From: Octopus bimaculoides
Taxonomy: Eukaryota
Length of the DNA stretch: 44,025 nucleotides
Direction: 5' to 3'
Assembly (NCBI RefSeq): GCF_001194135.2
Contig: NC_068999.1
Location: 7,301,574 to 7,345,598, forward strand
The notes under the pieces were generated by a model, which was given only the letters and a program-made list of their open reading frames with translations, made no database searches and had not been told where the DNA came from. Position numbers and translations under genes: made by a program. Shown one piece after another: positions 38,009-44,025 of the stretch (positions are counted from its first letter, which is position 1; each line of letters begins with the position of its first letter).

Positions 38009-40026
38009 ATTAAAAAAAAAATTTTGAAGAAAATGTTTTGCAAATTTTGATTTTCTTATGATGAAAATAAAATTCCAATAATAACTTGTTTTTGAAACTG
38101 CATGATAAAAATATTGCAAGGGGAAATTACAAAAACTCCGTACTTGAATTAATGTACGCCAATCTATCTTAAGTACGTTTCAAATAAACCCTACATAAGT
38201 ACTTTCAGCGTAAACATCCATATGTACTTACTCTGGTGGCCCGACAATGTTGGTTCGATTTTTATCAGTCAACACGCCGAGAAATGCGAAACAGATCTTA
38301 CCATGGGAATTTGGTAGTTTTATTCGATTCCAGCGTAAGCTTGAGAAAATAACAATCGATTATAAGTTGATTACATATGATTTATTATTTACAGATTGGC
38401 AGGCTAAATCCTTCTGAGTGTTGCAGATAAGAACAAAAATAAATTAAACATTTATTATTCATTCTGAGGATATACTTTTAAAGACATTCTGCCATTCTTT
38501 CAGTATAATATATATCTATTTCCTTATAGTCATTTCGAAGATGGTAAAAGCACCCCACTTATAAAATATGCAGTAAGACTGTGGAACAGATGCTATACAT
38601 TATATAAATTCATGTCTGTTAAAAGTCTAAAAAAGAACGATGTGCTTTTTGGAGTCGAATAACATAAATTAGAAAAGTTTTCAGGTGGTGATCAAGTACC
38701 CATGCTTCCAAAGATTCACCTTCAAATTCAGCGAGAGAAATTATACGTGGTCGCTTCAACTGTTAGAAATTGATGTTCGGGGAGTTGAGTAGGTCAAGTT
38801 AAGAGTTTTATGGTTTCATGTGAAAGCGAGTATTTTGAGTGAAATTCAAGTGTTTGGAGTCGTCGTCGTCATTCATCCGACTAAATATGTGAGCACGGGT
38901 AATTCCATTGATTTTAAAATCATCCTAGAGCCTTATTGCTTGTCCGTGGACAAGATATCTCAAGAACCGCTCGATGGATTCAGATGAAACTTTCAGAGAT
39001 GTTTGGCCTCGTGACTGGCACGAACGTATAAGATGTTAGGATCAATCCGGTATCGGACAATGATTCTGGATTATTTTTCCTGTTTTTTTTTTTAGTTAAT
39101 TTTTGAGAGCAGTCAAGTTTATTTCAAATATTCTCATTTTAAAAAATCATCTCCGGGTAATCGTTGAGAGGGCGTTGATGTTGTCTTGACGGAGGTTTGC
39201 GCTCTCTGATTGCTCTTGTTAGTTGTTAAAATTAATTTCTCTTTTCGATTTTGTTTTAGCGAGAATCAACAATTAACAGAAGTATCATCGCAGAGAAGTG
39301 TCGCTCCCATTGTTCGTAAGCCGAATACAATGTACAAGGAACAGAAAAAGACAACAGCAGAAGACGACAACACAACTAAACAGGTAAAATACCCAGATAT
39401 ACCTGAGGTTACCTACTTAAATCATAACAGGTTCTATTTTTATAAGAGATAAGAGATCCGGACTTGGTGTCATTAGCTTTGTTGGCTCTAGATATGAATG
39501 GGGACCTCCTCTGTACGAATGTATACGTATACATACATAAGTGCATACATACATACACAAACGCACACATATAGGCATAAGTGTAACTATTTGCTCCACA
39601 CCCACATGGTTCCGGGTTCAGTCCCACTGCGTGGCACCTTGTGAAAGTGCCGTTCTACTATAGCTTCGGGGCGACCAAAGCATTATGAGTGGATTTGGTA
39701 GACGGAAACTGGAAGAAGTCCTTTCAACACACATACACACACACACATATATTTATATATATATACATATATATCTGTGTATGAGTGTGTGTGTGTTGGT
39801 GTATGAGTTTGTACCCTCTCCCCGCCATCTCCTGCCAGACAATGCTGGTGTGTTTATGTCCCCGTAGTTTAGCGGTTCGGCAAAAGAGACCGATAGAACA
39901 AGTACTAGGCTTACAAAGAATAAGTCCTGGGGTTGATTTGTCTGACTAAAGGCTGTGCTCCAGCATGGCCGCAGTCAAGTGACTGAAACAAGTAAAAGAA
40001 TAAAAAATATATATATACACGCAAAC

Positions 40027-40074
<48 letters not shown>

Positions 40075-40366
40075 GAAATATATATATGTATACACACACA
40101 TATCGGTACGTTGGTAAATGACTATATAAACGAGTTGTTATCGTTATAATAGAAGTGAACTTGTAATGGTAAAATATTTCACACGTTAACAGACAATAGA
40201 CATTAAGTTATGAAATAGATGAAACAGGTCAAGTTATAAACATTAACAATTATTTTAAGAACTAACATCGAGGCTTTTTTTTTAAATTTTAAGCTTCATT
40301 CTTCCTTCACTACGCCTTTCTGTCTTTGCTTCTGTCTACCGTTCTTGTTTTTTAAAGTTATATATA

Positions 40367-40421
<55 letters not shown>

Positions 40422-40571
40422 ACGTATATAGAAACACAGTTACGTGTGTGTGTATATGGATGTACATATGCATCTGTATCTGTGTATTTATTTCCCTAGA
40501 CATACTTTTATATATGTATATATATGTCTTTATATGTATATATATACATATGTATATATATATGTATGTAA

Positions 40572-40603
<32 letters not shown>

Positions 40604-40618
40604 GTACGTATATGTATG

Positions 40619-40661
<43 letters not shown>

Positions 40662-41766
40662 NNNNNNNNNNNNNNNNNNNNNNNNNNNNNNNNNNNNNNN
40701 NNNNNNNNNNNNNNNNNNNNNNNNNNNNNNNNNNNNNNNNNNNNNNNNNNNNNNNNNNNNNNNNNNNNNNNNNNNNNNNNNNNNNNNNNNNNNNNNNNNN
40801 NNNNNNNNNNNNNNNNNNNNNNNNNNNNNNNNNNNNNNNNNNNNNNNNNNNNNNNNNNNNNNNNNNNNNNNNNNNNNNNNNNNNNNNNNNNNNNNNNNNN
40901 NNNNNNNNNNNNNNNNNNNNNNNNNNNNNNNNNNNNNNNNNNNNNNNNNNNNNNNNNNNNNNNNNNNNNNNNNNNNNNNNNNNNNNNNNNNNNNNNNNNN
41001 NNNNNNNNNNNNNNNNNNNNNNNNNNNNNNNNNNNNNNNNNNNNNNNNNNNNNNNNNNNNNNNNNNNNNNNNNNNNNNNNNNNNNNNNNNNNNNNNNNNN
41101 NNNNNNNNNNNNNNNNNNNNNNNNNNNNNNNNNNNNNNNNNNNNNNNNNNNNNNNNNNNNNNNNNNNNNNNNNNNNNNNNNNNNNNNNNNNNNNNNNNNN
41201 NNNNNNNNNNNNNNNNNNNNNNNNNNNNNNNNNNNNNNNNNNNNNNNNNNNNNNNNNNNNNNNNNNNNNNNNNNNNNNNNNNNNNNNNNNNNNNNNNNNN
41301 NNNNNNNNNNNNNNNNNNNNNNNNNNNNNNNNNNNNNNNNNNNNNNNNNNNNNNNNNNNNNNNNNNNNNNNNNNNNNNNNNNNNNNNNNNNNNNNNNNNN
41401 NNNNNNNNNNNNNNNNNNNNNNNNNNNNNNNNNNNNNNNNNNNNNNNNNNNNNNNNNNNNNNNNNNNNNNNNNNNNNNNNNNNNNNNNNNNNNNNNNNNN
41501 NNNNNNNNNNNNNNNNNNNNNNNNNNNNNNNNNNNNNNNNNNNNNNNNNNNNNNNNNNNNNNNNNNNNNNNNNNNNNNNNNNNNNNNNNNNNNNNNNNNN
41601 NNNNTATATATATATATATATAAGGTAATTTGTCCGAAATGTCGAAGTCACTATTAGTAATATTCATGTTAAAATGTAATAAATATGTACGCTACGAAAA
41701 TTACTGAGTAATCCGTCAGTGTAATGTAACATCTGATTATAAGTGGATAGGAAATGAGACATCAGT

Positions 41767-41811
<45 letters not shown>

Positions 41812-42615
41812 AAGAGAAAACCATAAATTTCACATAGGGTTCATAATTTAATTACATTCAATAGCTGTTTCACTAAAATAATGCATCATGAAATGTATAG
41901 ATATTTAATTGTGATACATAAAGAATTACAATGAACTTTATTTAAGTGAACCTCACCAAACATACATCCATATTAGCACAAACATACAGAACGCTTGTAT
42001 ACATTTATATGTAGGGAAATTTGCAAGCTGTGCTAAAGTTATTTTGTGTTAATTACGTTTCATTTCTCTTTGCAGGTTGTTCAAATGTTGGTTACGGTTG
42101 TACTACTTTTTGCGATTTGCTGGGGCCCGATTTTGATCCAGAATGTTTTAACTGCCTTTGATGTGATTGATTCCTTACATATTGGTTGGTTGAAACCAAT
42201 GAGACAAGCATTTTTCATCATGTCGTATCTAAACAGTTGTGTAAATCCTGTCGTGTATGCGTTCATGTCGAAAAACTTCCGGGAAATGTTTAAACTGGCA
42301 ATTTGTTCCTGTATACGAGGCAGCAAATATGTCCGTCATTATAAATATAACCGTGCTGTCTCATTCGACACGCGTACGAGTGCTTTTAGTCAAACTCGGA
42401 GCGTTACAATGGATGTCAAAACCGATGATGACGTAGAATATAACGAAAATCGTCTGAATGTTATAAATAGGGGTTACAACTCCTCACCAAGAGGGAGCCG
42501 AGATGAAATGATGGAATTGCGACAAGGCATGTTGGCCAGTCCTGTATCATCACCAAAGTTCCAAGATCAGAACAGTAATGCCGATACTAAACTTTCAGAG
42601 ACATGTCAACTGTAA
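26390..42615 (+). CDS. Class A (rhodopsin-like) neuropeptide-type GPCR, 5'-partial, 4 visible coding exons (end of TM3 to C-terminus, 329 aa)
   Basis: Join 26390-26513, 33651-33853, 39260-39383, 42076-42615. All introns are GT-AG and phases match. The spliced protein has (R)Y at the end of TM3, W4.50 (VWFLS), ECL2 Cys (FWC), P5.50 (FILP), Y5.58 (VAY), CWGP in TM6, NSCVNPVVY in TM7 and helix 8 (KNFREMF) followed by CSC. It resembles CCK/orexin/QRFP-type peptide receptors, but I cannot assign an orthologue. Confidence 0.95.
27930..28005. mobile_element. hAT (Charlie-like) non-autonomous element terminus
   Basis: ctgcggcacacc...catggcacaccaatgtgccgcgacataccggttgcagaaactg resembles the ggcacac/gtgccgcggcacac subterminal motif and ggttgagaaacactg end of hAT MITEs. 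Confidence 0.45.
28055..28140 (+). mobile_element. SINE family A tail fragment
   Basis: gggtcgatttgttcgattaaaccgttcaggacgatgctccagcctggcc resembles the family A tail. Confidence 0.45.
30495..30652 (-). mobile_element. SINE family A, head and body
   Basis: Reverse complement reads gtagctgtgtggtaagaagcttgcttcccaaccgcagggttccgggttccgtcccactgtgtggcacc...gagtggatttggtagccggaaactgaaagaagtccgtcg. Confidence 0.85.
31273..31453 (+). mobile_element. tRNA-derived SINE family C (young-looking head), truncated by gap
   Basis: ggaggcgcaatggctcagtggttagggcagcggactcgcggtcataggatcgcggtttcgattcc has clear A-box and B-box motifs and continues into a non-tRNA body. It is preceded by (TGTA)n. Confidence 0.8.
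33651..33853 (+). CDS. GPCR exon: ECL2, TM5, start of ICL3
   Basis: Acceptor ctaatttcag|AAA. Translates [67 protein letters not shown], then donor AG|gtaagt (phase 2). Confidence 0.95.
34495..34830 (+). mobile_element. Decayed Tc1/mariner-superfamily transposase C-terminal fragment
   Basis: Frame from 34601 reads [21 protein letters not shown], matching the conserved WPPRSPDLTPxDFFLWGYLK motif with W and G mutated to stops. Weak Q*D and WI remnants lie upstream. Boundaries are approximate. Confidence 0.6.
36311..36645 (+). mobile_element. SINE family A, 5'-truncated
   Basis: cttgggcaagtgtcttctactataaccttgggccgacc..., internal (TA/TG)n, and tail ggcggtgctccagcgtggccgcagccaaatgactggaacaagtaaaaaag, as in the 39585 copy. 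Confidence 0.85.
38935..39224 (+). mobile_element. Non-autonomous Helentron/HINE (DINE-1-like) element, 5'-truncated
   Basis: Core gtccgtggacaagatatctcaagaaccgctcgatggattcagatgaaacttt and 3' end gacggaggtttgcgctctctgattgctcttgttagtt. These resemble the GGCGGAGG subterminal repeat, short hairpin and TAGTT end of HINEs. Recognised from memory of the family pattern, not by search. Confidence 0.55.
39260..39383 (+). CDS. GPCR exon: intracellular loop 3
   Basis: Acceptor ttttgttttag|C completes AGC (Ser). Translates [41 protein letters not shown], then donor CAG|gtaaaa (phase 0). It supplies exactly the phase 2-to-0 bridge needed between the flanking exons. Confidence 0.88.
39585..40005 (+). mobile_element. 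tRNA-derived SINE family A, near full length, with internal microsatellite
   Basis: Head catggttccgggttcagtcccactgcgtggcacc (B-box-like), body gaccaaagc..gagtggatttggtagacggaaactg, internal (CA/TA/TG)n, tail ggttcggcaaaagagaccgatagaa...gtgctccagcatggccgcagtcaagtgactgaaacaagtaaaaga. Aligns with the copy at 36311-36645. Confidence 0.85.
42076..42615 (+). CDS. GPCR terminal exon: TM6, TM7, helix 8, C-tail
   Basis: Acceptor tttctctttgcag|GTT. Reads [18 protein letters not shown]...[30 protein letters not shown]...SETCQL with TAA at 42613-42615 (179 aa). Confidence 0.97.
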   Translation, partial: VVQMLVTVVLLFAICWGPILIQNVLTAFDVIDSLHIGWLKPMRQAFFIMSYLNSCVNPVVYAFMSKNFREMFKLAICSCIRGSKYVRHYKYNRAVSFDTRTSAFSQTRSVTMDVKTDDDVEYNENRLNVINRGYNSSPRGSRDEMMELRQGMLASPVSSPKFQDQNSNADTKLSETCQL

Positions 42616-43430
42616 AAAAAGAGAGAAAAAAAACAACAACCGAAAGTAAACGATTCCTGGTTTTTATACAGAGGGAATACAACCATTATTTCTTTGTCGC
42701 AAAGCAATGAATGCAGTTGTATTCGTCTATCATACCGTTTCGAGAATTGTCATCACCTATATTCTGTTTAACCGTCGTATCAGTTGGTATTCGGTTTCAT
42801 TATCAGTCATGAAAAATTGCCAAGGCAAGACGGATGAATAGTCATCTAAGCCATCTAACATGGTTGTGCGATTGAGCTCACGAAACTGAATAATGTGTGA
42901 GGTTAACACAACTGCTATCAAGTATTTGGTTGCGTACATTTTGTTTGTGTCTCTAGTATACATTAAGAGAAGAGGCACATGGAAGATATCAAATGAAGCG
43001 CTGTGCGGGGAAAAGCAAAATGGAACGTCAAGAAAATTAAAAGTAAAATCAACAAAAATATAGCAAAAATATGATTTGTACGGAGAAACGTTGCAATGTT
43101 TTTCTAAAAAAATTTTGAATCAGTGAAAACAAAGATATATTTCCGGCAACAGCTTTTTAAGGAATAACGTTCCTCGAGATATGTATGTCAACCTTCTACT
43201 TCGGCACTTGGAAATGATTTGGAAACTAAAGAAATAAAATAACAAAAATCAATAAAAAGCGTTTTTTTTTCTCTCATAGCAGAGATAATTGTCAAGTCAA
43301 GTGGGAGGAATATCCATGTTGATCTAAATGGGAATAATACGAACTCCGTACTGTGAATATATTCGGAAATAACGAAGGAAAGAAAAAGACAAAAAAAAAA
43401 AAGCAAAAGAGAAGTAAACAATAAATTAAT
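42616..43430 (+). other. Probable 3' UTR of the GPCR with candidate AATAAA signals
   Basis: Unique AT-rich sequence after the stop, with AATAAA hexamers near 43233, 43251 and 43420. The true cleavage site cannot be determined from DNA. Confidence 0.4.
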
Positions 43431-43918
43431 CAAATATAAAAATCAAAGCAGATTCCTAAAAGTATATATATTTATATAATGGCAGCAAGTAACAAAATGA
43501 AAAAGAAAAGCAGACGCAAGAAAGAAAGAATCATTATTGAAGTTTATAAAGTTCAATAATATTACATTTTGTTTTATCAGGACATATTTTACTTGAGCGC
43601 ATATGTATATATATATATATATTATATATATATACATGCAGATACATGTATACATATAGATGTATTTACACACACACATATACATATATTTATAAATATA
43701 TATATATATATATATGTGCATATGCATATATACTTATATATATATTATGCATCAGATTGTGTGTGTGTCTGTGATTATGTGTATATACGTATATATAATT
43801 TGTACATTGTATTCACACGTAAATATTACAGTTTTATGCAGATTATTCGAGGGGAGATTTGTAATTCTTTGGTAGTTAGATATATATCTACATATCTGTT
43901 GATGAAAGTGTGTGCGTG

Positions 43919-43984
<66 letters not shown>

Positions 43985-43990
43985 TATATA

Positions 43991-44025
<35 letters not shown>

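Noticed and set aside
39384-39452. In-frame extension of the ICL3 exon (VKYPDIPEV...)
   Set aside because: It follows a good CAG|gtaaaa donor and ends in a stop without TM6-TM7, so it is intron read-through.
560-41667. Many long ORFs of HT/YI/CV/MYVC repeats, poly-K/L/I/F/S/Y/E, or mostly X
   Set aside because: They are translations of di-, tri- and tetranucleotide microsatellites or N-gaps, with no domain signal or splice context.
42046-42075. ORF start upstream of the terminal exon ([10 protein letters not shown])
   Set aside because: This is the intron polypyrimidine tract read in frame. The real exon starts after the AG at 42075.

Overview
AT-rich, microsatellite-saturated animal genomic DNA from a draft assembly with 16 N-gaps (about 6.6 kb, ~15% of the window). 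The repeat content suggests an octopus genome; this is an inference from SINE and microsatellite style. The only supportable host gene is the 3' two-thirds of a + strand class A (rhodopsin-like) neuropeptide-type GPCR, rebuilt by hand from four exons: 26390-26513, 33651-33853, 39260-39383 and 42076-42615. All junctions are GT-AG with matching phases (2/0, 0/2, 2/0, 0/stop), giving 329 aa from the (E)RY motif at the end of TM3 to the stop. The TM1-TM3 exon(s) are not visible and must lie in a gap or upstream. The rest is probably intron or intergenic sequence. It holds three tRNA-derived SINE families, two decayed Tc1/mariner transposase fragments, a Penelope-type GIY-YIG fragment, a Helentron/HINE-like element abutting a splice acceptor, a hAT-like terminus, a 107-bp higher-order minisatellite and many simple repeats. 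Nearly all ORFs in the supplied track are microsatellite or N-gap artefacts. I found no CRISPR array, rRNA or genuine tRNA gene, and no convincing novel multi-gene system. The best leads are the receptor of unassigned ligand and the repeat-derived structures around it.
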